A stretch of DNA of 56,307 bases, filler included, from Trypethelium eluteriae (Eukaryota): the NCBI GenBank assembly GCA_051942245.1. It is 2 parts of 2 records of this genome, joined end to end, with 100 filler letters (N's around TTAATTAATTAA, not from the genome) between each part and the next. Parts side by side here need not be neighbours in the genome. Positions count along the whole stretch, not along the records: positions 28,215 to 56,307 come from JAVECL010000317.1; 1 more part is not named here. One strand, given 5' to 3'. Positions 37,794 through 50,032 of this stretch are shown here, one piece after another. A program made the position numbers and the translations under genes. A model generated the notes under the pieces. That model had not been told where the DNA came from. It worked only from the letters and a program-made list of their open reading frames with translations, and searched no databases. Position 1 is the first letter of the stretch. The number at the start of each line of letters is the position of its first letter.

Positions 37794-39695
37794 ATGTCTA
37801 CTTTCAATTATAACAACGTTATAGAACTATGCCGTGCTATACATAGGCAATCCAGTGCAGCAGAAAGGGTAAATCGCCTTGCTGGATTTCACGCGGTATC
37901 CATACAGGCAAAAACAACTTTGGAATGCCTCATTCACCTAAATGCAGAAGTGGATTCGGTCATCCAAAATGGCGATCGTCTGGTGTAAGTTCCTTCAGTC
38001 TCCTTCCTTCTCTCAAGCTAACGAATTCCCAGATACGCGACACTCGAGAGCATCAGGGCCAATCTTGACTCAACGCTTCACAAACTCATGAGACTTTTCA
38101 ATAATCATACGAGGGGTTTGCCCGTCTCTTCTCATGCAGCGGGTTATTCAATGCAACAGCGCTTACTGTTGATGAGAGATGACCTTTCAATGAATACCCA
38201 TGATCTTTTAGCCTACCATACGAGACTTCGAGATCGATCAGGACAAACAAATCGCATTCCTTTAGGCCCAACACAGCGCCATAATGTTCCGCCCAGACGT
38301 TACGATATGCGAGTTCCAGCGTGGGCACAGAATTCAATTAATCCGCCTGTTGATCGAGTCCCCGAACGCTTTTCTCGATCAAAAACGTTACATCGTGATC
38401 AGCCTGTAGCCTTCCGGAGAGATATGCAGGGTGTACGAGAGACGCCTTCGCAATTGAATCCTTCCTGGCACGCGAATCTACCCGTACGTCGAGGGACTCC
38501 GTATCCCGAAGAGGATGGACGTGTGGAAAACTGCGCTCGGCAGCAAGATCCTCCTCGCCCCAGCTCCGCTCAGCTCCCTCAGCGATCCAATGCGCCACTG
38601 CGAATTGAGCGGCATTCACACGAGCATCGTCGCCAAGACCAACCACGTTGTTCAAACTCTACGGCGCCGACAGGTTTCCGCCATCTGCATGGCCGACAGC
38701 ACTCAAGCAGTGAAACTGAATCTGCCCCTTCAATCGAAGCCGGTTTGCACGTTCGTTCCTATTCCCAAGAGCACAAGATATCAGGTCCGGTCTCAGTGCT
38801 CTTTGTAGATTCCTTCAATGGTAGTAAGTTTTGATAGCCATCTAACGTACCCCATTCTACCGCAAGTTGTTAATTTTTCTCAGCACGTTCAATCCTTGCT
38901 CACGCCTGTGCCGAGATCCTTCGTCTCTGGACTCTCAACAATGGAGCAGCTTCCCCCTTTTGCGCCCTCGACTCCGCGGCCACCCGTCTTCGCTCCTCCC
39001 TCATAAGGGATACGACAATCCACGGTTGGACTCTGCACAACGCCACCAATGCCCACATCAATCACGCCGCCCTCCGCGCGCTCTTCCGCCACGCCGACAC
39101 TTACGAAGAATCCGACATTGGCTCACGGATCTCCAAGCACCAGCCACGCGGACTGATCACCTCCGACTTCGAAGACTTCGACTTCCTCCTCACCTTAGAC
39201 CAGCGAAACTTCTCCCGTCTCTGCCATCTGCGCGACCTGCTCCCCACCTCCCGCGCCCGGATCTTCCTCCTCGGCAATATCCAAGCGCCTACCTCGCCGC
39301 CTGACGACCATCCGCTCTATCGCTCACGCGACTCAGCTGAGATCGAACGCTACAGCTCTGCAGCGAACTACGAGCCCCTCATCACGACGCTCCAGGCAGC
39401 GCTGGTGGCGTTTCTGACTACGCATACGACGTGGCAGCAAACTGAATATCCGCCGTTTTCGTATCGGTATACTCCGTTTCGCAGCCGGCAGTTTGTAGCG
39501 CCGGTGGGGATCCACGAGCCGACGGAGAGGCGGATCGAGGATTTGAGACGGAGGACAAGTTGCGAGATCTGGATCGATCGCGTGATTTTGGAGGGCGGAG
39601 AGAGGAAATTTCGAGTCGTTACCGTGACGGGAAGGGAAGAGCTCCTGAGGGATGATTGGGAAGTTGTGATAAGGGAGCTAGGGGGTTGGCTGTAA
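37794..39695 (+). CDS. Hypothetical protein with LMW-PTP-like (Cys-less) domain and C-terminal KH-like domain, 3 exons
   Basis: Exons 37794-37984, 38033-38823, 38884-39695 with GTAAGT donors and CAG acceptors, giving one open frame. SVLFVDSFNGTRSILAHA, LDSAAT, HQPRGLITSDFEDFDFLLTLDQRN. Confidence 0.7.
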
Positions 39696-40037
39696 GTACG
39701 TGTCTGGATGAGGAGGGAACGCGGATTTTGTGATAATAGGTGAATGAGATATGTGGTGGAACTCTGTAAAGATTTTCGAAAATCTAGAACAGACTAGGTC
39801 CCTTGAGTCACTTCGCTTGTACTTGGAAAGCGTAGCAAGATGGGAAACGCCTCAAAATTACATTGCCACGGTATTTTCAACGTTGACTTAGGCGGACATG
39901 ACCCAGACAGCTCAGTCTATACTCCGGCTGATTTGAGCAAGAGATGTAACTTCATTCCCTGGAGTTTCTGCCTCATTTGCATCTTAGAGCAGCAATTTAG
40001 TGATATCAAATTCTACGTTGTCAACCTTCTTATCATC

Positions 40038-41296
40038 TCACTGAGTCTCTTTGAAGTCCATTTTCTTAATAAAGTTCTTCACGTGTCTATCGCCCCATTC
40101 TATAGCAGTCTCGATAATCTTGTCTTTCCGGTCGGCTGCCTGCGGGATCATTGGGCTCTCGAATGCCTTCATTGGAGTGTTGTCACCCGGTCTTACTGAA
40201 ACGAGGACAGATACCCTATCGGTCTTGGCCTGATTGCCGACTGCATGGACCACACGATGCTTTCCAGATGCTAATTTGCGATTCGTAAGAAGGCGAATAG
40301 CATTGCCAAGATTAATAATAGTATGGCCATGCATGGGCTTTACCCAGCGCCAACTGTCCTCGGCCTCTACACCAGGAACAATCATTTTTGGATGCTCCTC
40401 AGGTATCTGCAAGCCATAAACCCAAGTAAACAGCATCGCAATACTGACACCGTCCCTATGTGGTAAGACCCGTGGCTCCTTGAAGGGAGCTTGATTCTCT
40501 TTGAGGCCTGGATATCGAAGGATTCGGAGAAAGCTGTGGGATGTATCAGTTGGGCGATGGCAAGATGTTAAGGCGCCGGAAGCAAGCTGTAGCTGTTTTT
40601 CTAAGATTCCAAAAATGACATTGGCAATAGTATTGCCCTCTCTCATAACGGTCGCGAAGTTTGACTCATACTGCTCCAACCATGATGGTAATTTCCAAGC
40701 CGTTGGCTGTTCTGCAAAAAGCTCGTCCTGCGGAATCTGAATGTAGAGTCAGCAAAATGGTGGTGTAAATCCGTTTGGCAGTGCCATGAAATCGGAAGGA
40801 TGTGCTCACATTAATACACTCATAAGACGTTGATCGCCCATTTTCTTCCCTGGTAAATAATCCATACCTAAGATATCTTATGTCAGCTCACTTTCATTGC
40901 CTTTGATCTAAGGAGGATGAAAATCGGTAATTTGATTGGGAGCATAATTTGGTCCATCGAAGTGACACATTTCAACCACACTGGTGCTGCACAGTTCCAA
41001 GCTTTTGATACTAACCCTCTATCTAAGGTTCCAGGTCTCTTCAAAAACTTGTTCTTCTCCTCCAGAGGGACGGTTGACATGACGTTCTGGCCAATCTCGC
41101 GTGCGAGGCAAGCGCTCTCCCACAGTTTCTCGCCCTTCGCGTGGTCCATTAAATCGAGATAGAAAAAGCCTGTTCGACAACAGATATCAAAGACAGCCTG
41201 TGCCTCGGTCTCGTCATTTTTCAAAAGCTTGGCTAGAGAGATTTTAGGAAGCTCTATAGTAGACAGACCTTCTGATGGGTAAAGTAGATTATCCAT
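40038..41296 (-). CDS. 2-oxoglutarate/Fe(II)-dependent dioxygenase (IPNS-like), 3 exons
   Basis: DIOX_N LPKISLAKLL...GFFYLD, FLRILRYP, HRD facial motif, INLGNA, GKHRV, RVS co-substrate motif. Confidence 0.9.
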
Positions 41297-42964
41297 CAGT
41301 GCAATGGTCAAATACACGATACTCGTCTGACCTGTTTGTTCCTAAGATTTGAAGACCAGGATATACTTGAGTGTACTGTGGGTATTGAGGGGAAGACTAA
41401 AATACCGGTCAGTATGCCTGTGTACGGAGTGGCTTGGTCATCTTTATGCAGTCAGCTTGGGCCGCTGACACTCGGGTTATCGGCGTCTCGCAGAAACCTC
41501 CACGATTCATTGGCTTCATATAAGCGAGTCGATGCCTTGAAAAGCCCTAGGCTCTTCCAGAGCCAGAACTTGTTGAGGGATCTTAGAGCCCTGTCGGTCG
41601 ATACGTCGGTCCTGGCAATTATTGCAATCCATCTTCTCGTATGGGGTCTTCCCCGAGCACGCGGGTCAGGTGTTTGAGGCCTTTGCTGAAGTTGGACCAC
41701 CTGCTATAGCCAATCTGTTCGCCTTTTCTCGCACGACATTCTTTTAACTAGGCTCGTCTGCCATTGCCAATTGGTGTCCTCCTTTGCAGTACTCCGTAGT
41801 TGCCAGGACAAAAGATCCACCACGTTCGTGGACATACCAGCCCCACCTCCTATCCATAGGACCCTGCATTCAACTGCAAGGGATCCCGAACAGTGCTCAG
41901 CCAGCCGATCGTACCTCCCTTTTAGAGAAGAAGGAACAGCTGTTGGGTATTCTGATGCACTGCTGTCGAAATGAACCGTCAGTCTATCATCTGGACAAAT
42001 CGATCCTAGGAGTCTCGACTTTCGCGAAATCCAATGGTTACTTGCGAGGGTCGGCGATTTACTTCATAATGTGCAGTGAAATCAAGCATGACCCCGCGAT
42101 TTGTTACCGTAGGAACCGGCATACACCGAAGGCTAATCGGTTTCGAACCCTCTCCTGCTTGGAACAATTTCTCCGGTATTGGCTACTCGCCCTTACTGCC
42201 CTTCAGCTGGTCATTCTTCGCCCCCATTGCATCGTCTCGCTTAGGTGTGTAGAGCTTGGACGAGATTGCGATCTCCATACCTTATGCAATATTCGTCACA
42301 GGCCATCCTTCCTGTGCAGGCCGCACTTCCGGACTTATGCAATCCATTAGCTATATTGGATGCTAGGTAGGTTTAAAGGCTGAAGTCGCGTCTCTATCGC
42401 CTCAAGGCTTGGATTCATATCGAGGTAAGCACAGAAAAATGCAGTTTGGTCTTTCGTTTTAGTTGTTCTTCGGGCTTATCAGTACGCACATCTTCAAAAT
42501 TCGGCACAATCCTTCGAAACGCGAAGTGGCTGTATTAGATAGGTGTACGAAGCGGAGCATAGCCACTGATTAATAAATGATAAGTCTCAAGCAAGATAGA
42601 TGATAATCTATGATCGCCAACGGAGTAAAGTTTGCTTTGCATCGAACTCACTTGCCTATACACCGGCATCTATTTTACAGAATGTCCAAGCCTGAGAAAG
42701 GTTTCAGTCAAGGCTCTGCGGCCCGTCGCAGCATTTTTGCTTTCGCTCATCTAAAAGGTAACCTGTCTTCTTAGGATACTAACTACGCCCCGTAGGACTG
42801 CGCTAATGCGGACTATAGACGTCGATTGCAGTAGGCTTGTGTAAGTGTATTCAGCTCAGAATCCTTCGGAAATACCCCGAAGGATATATTTTGCTGCCTA
42901 CCGCTCATCCAACACCTTGTTCCGACAAGATTCAAGAAATATTTGCGCAGTCGCGCTCGGGAAT

Positions 42965-45005
42965 ATGCTTCTACACAAGGCTATCATCGGTAGTCGATCT
43001 TTTAGGATTCTCCGCGTGCGTGGTAGTAGCGCCCGGCATTCTCGCATCGAATGCGATCTTTTTCAAGGGTCCCTCGACGATAATCAGCTTCATTATGAGG
43101 CGATTTCTTACTGCTGGGCTGACCAGCTACCCACTGAACTTGTCCATTGCGATGGACAGACTGTACTCGCTACAAGGAACTGCGAGGCCGCATTGCGACA
43201 GTTCCGACCCGAGAAAGAACAAGAGACCCGTCTCTTGTGGATCGACTCACTCTGTATAAATCAGTGTGATACTTCAGAAAGAAGTCATCAGGTGTTATTA
43301 ATGGGCGAAATTTACAAGACAGCTGACCAAGTGCTTATATGGCTTGGGAATGAAAGTGTACCTTTCGAAGGAGGGATGCTTCGTACACCCCAGTACTATG
43401 TCGCTGCTTTCGACTGGATTGCGAGAATTGCGAAAGCTGCGGAGGAGGACAATGATGAAGGCAGAAGTGATACTTTTCTACAATTGCTACAAGAGTCGAG
43501 AGATTTGGGTAAGATTCGCAGCATCTCGTCATTCCCCTGTCCCCAATAGGATCGCTTAAAGCTTGGCTTGAAGCTCCAAATTACGGTCGTGACCAAAGTT
43601 TGTGCGCTGACTCGATGTAGATTTGTTCGACTTTGTTGACGTGGTCCCCTGGTTCAAGCGCCTTTGGGTTGTGCAGGAAGCTGCCATGAGTAAAAAGGCT
43701 ATCCTTTTTTATGGTCAAGGAAGGACCTCATTGGAATCTATCTTCAAGGCAGGGTTGATCATGGCGGAGTTGGAAGCCTCGGGCATGGGGGGTACTCTAG
43801 CATTATCCAACCCTCATTGGAATGCCTTTAGCGTACACAGCTTGGCGAAGCGAACGCTAGAATCCAAGTCTTTACGAAACCCAACTGACAGTACTGTGTG
43901 CGATTTCTTGGGCGAAATGCGATGGTCTAGATGCTCCGAGGCCAAGGATAAAGTGTTTGCTTTGCATGGCTTACTAACAACTGCAGGTTTACCTCTGCCG
44001 CCTCCGGATTATTCGAAGTCAACGGCCGATATCTACCGTGAAACCACTATCGCGGTTCTCAAAACGACCGAGAGTATCCGAATTCTGGAGCAAGTGGATG
44101 GCCTTCAAGGTACTCCGGGGCTGGCTTCCTGGGTGCCTGACTGGTCCAGCTCGACGCACAATATTGGGCTTTTAGGTAATTATTATGGAGCTCTTGCGAT
44201 AGAAGATACTTTTTTCGCATTTCCTGAGCCAGATGAGAAGCAGCTCGCATTGAGAGGCAGCAGTATAGACGTCGTAACAGCATGCTGTAAGCTCTCACTT
44301 GCACACACTAACGAACGTCTTGGAAACTCGAATAATTATTGGACTTGGTCAAAAAATGCGCAGCCGTCCGAGCCGTTCTGGAGAGACATATTGAAGACAA
44401 ATCCCGAGCACAGCATGACAGTACTATCTTTTTGGAACCTTCGAGTACTCCGAGAATTTGTAAATTTTGCTCTTCGCAACACCCCTACCTTAGCAAGCGA
44501 GGACTCAATCCTCGAGTTGTACAACACTTTGATGTGTCTATGTACCAGCCATGAAGAGGTTGTTGAAGATCAGTCTGGGGCATGGATTTGGTTCTCTATC
44601 TTGGCTGGCCAGCAGGTGGACATTGGGGCCGAAGAAACCAATGACCAGTGGGTGGATAAAGCTATCCGTATCATTCATGATAATCCACCGCTAGCAGGGA
44701 TCACAAGGACTTCGGAGTACCAGATCTACAAGCGCATTTCTTGTATGAAGACCTGCAGCACCTTCCAGGAGCGTATCGAGAGGCTTGCTTACAAGACCCT
44801 CTTCAGGACAGCGTCCGGAAAGCTGGGTATTGCTCCTCATTCAATCAAATGCGGTGACGAGATCATGTTGTTTGCTGGTGGAAGGGTGCCGATGGTGGTA
44901 CGCCGTCTTGAACAAGAATACAGGCTAGTGACAAGTGGACATGTAGAAGGTCTTACGGCAAATGAGACGGAACATACACGATCTCGCGAGATAATATTTG
45001 TATAA
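42965..45005 (+). CDS. HET-domain (HET-6-like) heterokaryon incompatibility protein
   Basis: YEAISYCW, LWIDSLCINQ, ERSHQVLLMGEIYKTADQVLIWLG, PWFKRLWVVQE, DKVFALHGL, SWVPDWS, GDEIMLFAGGRVPMVVR. Intron 43509-43620. A possible extra upstream exon at 42682-42757. Confidence 0.9.
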
Positions 45006-45876
45006 CTGTTTCAAATAGAAACCTCAAATGGGACAGGGTGATGAGGGGACTGCCGGTAAGTACGAGAGGGGCTGTAGATGAGTAGGGCCAGGGATGAGGA
45101 GGGAATACGGATAGTAGGATACTAGAGGAAGATATGTATTATATCGCGGGTCTTTGCGATGGCACTAAATAATTTGGGATTGTGCTACAAACCATTTTCT
45201 ACGTCTTTTCTTCAAGCACATTGAAGCGTCCAAGTACATAGCCCAGAAAACACATTTTGTCGCAATCGTGATCCGCGTTCTCCCCTTGCCACTCACAGAT
45301 ACGTTCACGAGATATCTCCGTATTGGGATTTTCATTCCCAGTCTTGAGTCCAGGCAGCCAATTGGATTGTTGTTGAAGTAGTATAGACACCTCATTGTGT
45401 CTTCAGGACTGCTAATTGAACACCGTATTAATCATGCGAACGAGCGTGGCTGAGTGAGTCTCGCCAACCAGTCCTTTCCTGGTTCGAACTTGTGTTGATA
45501 TTATTCCCAACATCCTCCCATGGCTCTTATTTCTAATATGCCACTATCAGGCTGACTACATTGACTGGTATTGGATGCATTTTGTAGGCAGTAGATTCGG
45601 ACTTCTTCAGCATCAGAGGCTCAGCTGCCTCCTTCTTCGGGAGTTTAGACATCTCTGGAACGGACTGCACATAATCCGGTGGGTATATTGTCTTTGGCAA
45701 TCTTGTAGGGAGCGGGAGTCACCTAGAAGTAGGAGACAAAAGCTGAGCAATGTGCTCGTTCATGTATCTAAGTGTGGTGTTCTAGTCTAAGTACAAAATA
45801 AGAAGCAAGGGGTAGCTATGGTGCCCTGCTAAATAAGGTGCATGGCTCCTGCCGTGACATCTGCTCCGGTCTGGAC

Positions 45877-47700
45877 TGTTGCTATCCTTAAGTAAAGAAG
45901 CATGTAAGTAAGAAAGCTTGTAAGCAAAGAAAAGAGAAAAGGATTGTGTGCTTTATAAGTATATTTATTACCCTCGTTCATCATGAATAAAACATTATAT
46001 TACCCGCCCCTTTCTATCCCAAACGTACCTTACAGACTCGTTCTTGTTGGGTGAGAGGATCAGGGATCTCATCAATTGCCTTTTGATCGCGCTTGGATAG
46101 GGTGTATGGTGCTTGTTTGAGCTTTCGAGCTCAGCATCATCCTTGAATGGTATTGGCATCTTGATCGAGTCTTTAAACATTCCCAGTTCTGAACGGAATA
46201 AAGAGGAGTGGCTGTGCAGTATTGCCTGGACTCTTTCCTGGTACTCCCGCCTCCAACACCTTTCGAATTCAGAATAGAGAGATTCTCATGAAACTCGCGG
46301 TACCGATTCCAGGCGACGAGGACACTGGTAACTACAGATATCTGACTGTATTTGGGTATGCATGTAGGGCTCTGATGGCGTGACGGGATAAATATGTAAA
46401 CGCACGTGCAGGAAGTGCTTCAAAGCTTTCTAACAGTTCCGTGGGAGGGCCTTCAACCCGCTGGCGACGAGCATGGTTTTTGTGAACGCTGCCCTCGCGT
46501 GGCGCTTTCTCCAACATGGCCGTCTTTCGTTCCTGGAGTGGGCCGGATATCTACGCGTAGTATGTATGGAATGTACTGACGTAACCATCCGGTTATGCCC
46601 AGGTAATGTTCCAATGCCACCAGGATAGCTGGAAGACTGAGGTCTAGAATTGGGAAACAACATGCGAGATCCGAAGGGGTAGGTAGATTTCCTTCCACAA
46701 ATCCGAAAGAAATCGCGTATCTCTGTCGGAGATTGTCCGACAAGGAATTCCAGAATCACAGTTTTGTAGGCTCTTGAGCCATTCCACGACCTGTTCGAGA
46801 ACAGACCATGTTTCTGTCCCCGGGATTGGGTTGATCTTCTTGGAGAAAACATCCATAGATGACATTAGTAGTTGCTCCTAGGTCGTCACGTGAATCTGCC
46901 TTGCTTCTGTAAAACTGTCTGTAGATACTGTTCGAAAAACACAAATGGTCCGGCAGAGGATCAGCTAGGTCGATTGTATACTTCAGTGGAGTTTGTAGTT
47001 GGTAGTGTGACTGGTATCTGATCTAGACATTGAAGGAGGTTCCAATGCACAAATACAAGCTATAGCTCAAGCAACTTGTCGCCGATTGTGATGTTTATGA
47101 AATCAATGAGATGATGCCAGACCGCACTAAGATTGCAAGGTCGGTTATGCTGGGATGAATGGATGCCTAATTGCTGCCCTGAGGCTTGCCTGTGAAGATC
47201 TAGCCGCCTCCAGAACTTGGTCGACTAGGGAGCCTGGAGCTGATTGAAAATTGGGGTGGTAAGGCCTTGCTCGAGAACCTGAAGAGAAGATCGGGCTGTC
47301 TGGACCCGTTGGTTCGATGTTTCTTTGGTTCGAGGGTCAACCAGTGTTATGGTATCAGAGGAAGGAGCGGCGGTTATTAAGGCAGGCTGCGATAATCGAT
47401 ACTATCCATCTTGGCAGTTCATCCCTACCCACTAGGTGTATAGAACTTCTAGATACTGAATCTTCTCGAATGTCATCTTCTTCGTCAGATTTTTCATCGA
47501 CTGGGCTATGACGTGGAGTCATTCCAGTTCTGAGCAACGTAGTGTAGGCGGCTGTATACCAAGACTCGACTTAGCAGAGGTCGATAAAGTCGTCGTTATC
47601 CCATTGATAATGGGCCTCTCTAGAAGCTCCGGTGATGAAGCCAGGGTTTTGAATTTGAAGTCCAATCCACATGATACCGGTGTTCGACCCCCGTAGCATA
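45877..47700 (-). mobile_element. Degenerate, rearranged Ty3/Gypsy LTR-retrotransposon relic
   Basis: Frameshifted pol fragments: integrase-like ISDRDTRFLSDLWK (~46750-46690), RT/RNase H-like LEHYLGITGWLRQYIPY (~46620-46560), PYPS..DQKAIDEIL (~46100). Purine tract AAGGGGCGGGTAA (~46012-46000) followed by an AT-rich LTR-like 45999-45877 ending ...AACA. Boundaries approximate. Confidence 0.7.
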
Positions 47701-47707
47701 AGTCTAA

Positions 47708-48114
47708 TGATGTTGTTTAGCACAACTAGATCGTAGAAAAGAACTCGATTGAACCTATCTAAGTGGCCTGAGGTGCAGGCTGCTATATAGATAGATTCAA
47801 TCTCATAGGTATCGCTCCTATATATTGTGCCCGCTGTCGAGCATCACGTGCACGCAATTTGCTCTGTAGCTGGGTATTTGGTTCGATGGTCTCCAAAGTA
47901 AGTGGTTGTTCGTCTGTGGTTTCGGTCATTTGCTGGAGAGTTCTGGAGATTTCGGTCACTTATGAGGCTTGCTCTATCCTGACTCTTTTACGTGCCTCTT
48001 GCGCTGATGGTGTGATCGATCTGGGCACCTATCTAGGTGGCCTGTGGTGCAGGCTGCTATATAGATAGGTTCAATCGAGTTCTTTTCTCCGATCTATTGT
48101 GCTGAACAACATCA
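47708..48114. mobile_element. 407-bp non-coding TG...CA element with long terminal inverted repeats and 5-bp TSD (MITE-like)
   Basis: TIRs 47708-47761 and 48062-48114 match 51/54. TCTAA directly flanks both ends (47703-47707, 48115-48119). Internal 50-bp direct repeats 47753-47802 and 48027-48076 match 47/50. Confidence 0.6.
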
Positions 48115-48902
48115 TCTAACTACATCGTCCCGGACGTCAGTAGATGAGCAGGATGGAGAGGGCGAGGGGGCTTCGTCTTCTTTCGCTTCTCTTTCTTCTT
48201 CTTTCGCTTCTCTTTCTTCTTCTTTGTCTTCGTCTTCTTTCTCCTGGTCCACTTCGTCATCCGAAAAGACCGCTGTCATTGAGCCAATCCATTTAGATTG
48301 CCATCTCATGAGCAGAGAGTAGTATGCCGAGATCAGGGTGCTGGTGTAGCATTCTCAGTTCTTGTTTTGTGACATGGAATCAAACTTTTTTGGGGGTTGT
48401 GTAGCGCGTTCTTGTCCGTGAGAAGCAAATTGCGTGCACGTGATGCTTGACAGCGGGCACTATATGTAGAAGCGAAACCTATGAGCTCTTTTATGTACTT
48501 GTCGAGGTCCCTCTTTGTCTGGTAGATCGTGTCCATCAAAGCTCCGTGCTCTGCACTCGCTGACGCTTTCACTTTCTCGTTGAGCTTCTGCTCCAGTAGC
48601 TTGTTACTGTCATGAGCACTCTTGAGCTCCTGCTTGGTACTGCTGTTGTGCCTACGGAGGTCATTGTTTTCCTCATGGAGACGAGTAATGGATGCTTTGT
48701 GGATGCTGCTATCCCGCTCATGTTTCGAAATTGCGACGCGTAGTCCTGAATGCTGTCTTTCCATCTCATTGCAATACTCTGCGATGTCTGCGCGGTCCTT
48801 TTCCACTTTGGCCCTCTCTATATCTAGCTTGTCGCGCAGCTCGTTCGTGGATCCAATAACATCTCCCGTCGTCTTTGCTTTGGCATGAAGCATTTCGGCC
48901 AA
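48112..48902 (-). pseudogene. Coiled-coil hypothetical gene, apparently disrupted
   Basis: Heptad-rich ORF 48902-48333 lacks an ATG start. An acidic continuation (48309-48112, with a 21-bp tandem EAKEEER duplication) lies in another frame. Confidence 0.4.
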
Positions 48903-49295
48903 ATGAACATTCGATGGCTCATCTTTGGCTTTGAGTCTTTCGACGAGACTGTCGAGCTGGCCTTCCTTTCATAGCCTGTAAGGATGGCCCATCAGGGATC
49001 ATCCTCTTTCTTGGAGTGGTCGTTTCCAATGCGGTCGAAATATATATCGAGCTCAAATTATTCTGAGAGATCGGTACAAGAAGTTCTGGTTGGAAAAAGA
49101 ACCTAGCTAGGTATCGTATAGCCTGCGAACCTGGGATGTTGTGATTCGCTCGGTGTTGTGTCATCGGAGATCAATATAGGAGGGCATTTTAGTAGCGATT
49201 CTGGTCAAGCGCGGATACCATGTGGAGTATGTTCCGTACACATGGGATGTCGAGTTCAATGTTTGGGAAGAACACCCTTCTCTTTGGGGTAGTCA

Positions 49296-50032
49296 CTAAC
49301 ACCACATCAGAGCTAGCGACATACGACAGATCAGACAGACAATTGGCCGAGTCAAGCGCGTGGTCAGAGCATCAATCTTGGTGCGCAGGGTCTCAAGATC
49401 TGCAAAGGGCATGTTCTGACGGTACTCGGCGTCGCCCAGCTTACGATAGATCTCCATGAAGGGCGTATAGGCTGGATCGTTCCGCACAATCTTTAGAGGC
49501 TATAGATATCAGCCAAAATAGGATGTGAAGCCGATGTGACTAGACTTGCCCAGAGACAAGCATCACAAGCATTCTTCTGAATGCAGATGCCATAAGCGGA
49601 CTCTTCACCTAGAAGGTCCTCCTCTTCGGGAGGGAAGACACATTGGCAGAACTCGGTGGCCTTCTCAACATCGCCAAGACACTTCATGCATGTCGTACAG
49701 GGCGTTCTAACATGCGCAGCCTTTGAAAAACAAAAGACCAGCGATCCGCAAGTTCAGCATCGTAGTGAAAGGTTTTGAGTAAGAGCGAAGGCTTCGAAGG
49801 AATTGAAAATGCTGGACACTTTGTTAACATTTTTGCTTTTGAGTAACGACGAGACGGGCCCTGTCGCACTCGAGTGTTCTTTGATCAACATCGTCATGTT
49901 CTTCGATACGCCGTTCCCGAATACGTGTGCAAAGCTGCCCAGCATTTCCCAGCTTTCCCGTAGCTTGTCCAAGAGTCGACATTCGCGAGATTCATTAATC
50001 CCTTTTCTCACCACTGGAATTGTGTTAGACAA
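49296..50032 (-). pseudogene. Fragmented hypothetical gene
   Basis: ORFs 50032-49754 and 49687-49493 share a frame separated by a stop. 49487-49296 follows after a frameshift. No family recognised. Confidence 0.3.

Noticed and set aside
41336..42350. Several 70-190 aa ORFs between the dioxygenase and the HET gene
   Set aside because: No ATG-led coherent model or family motif. Possibly a pseudogene but unsupported.
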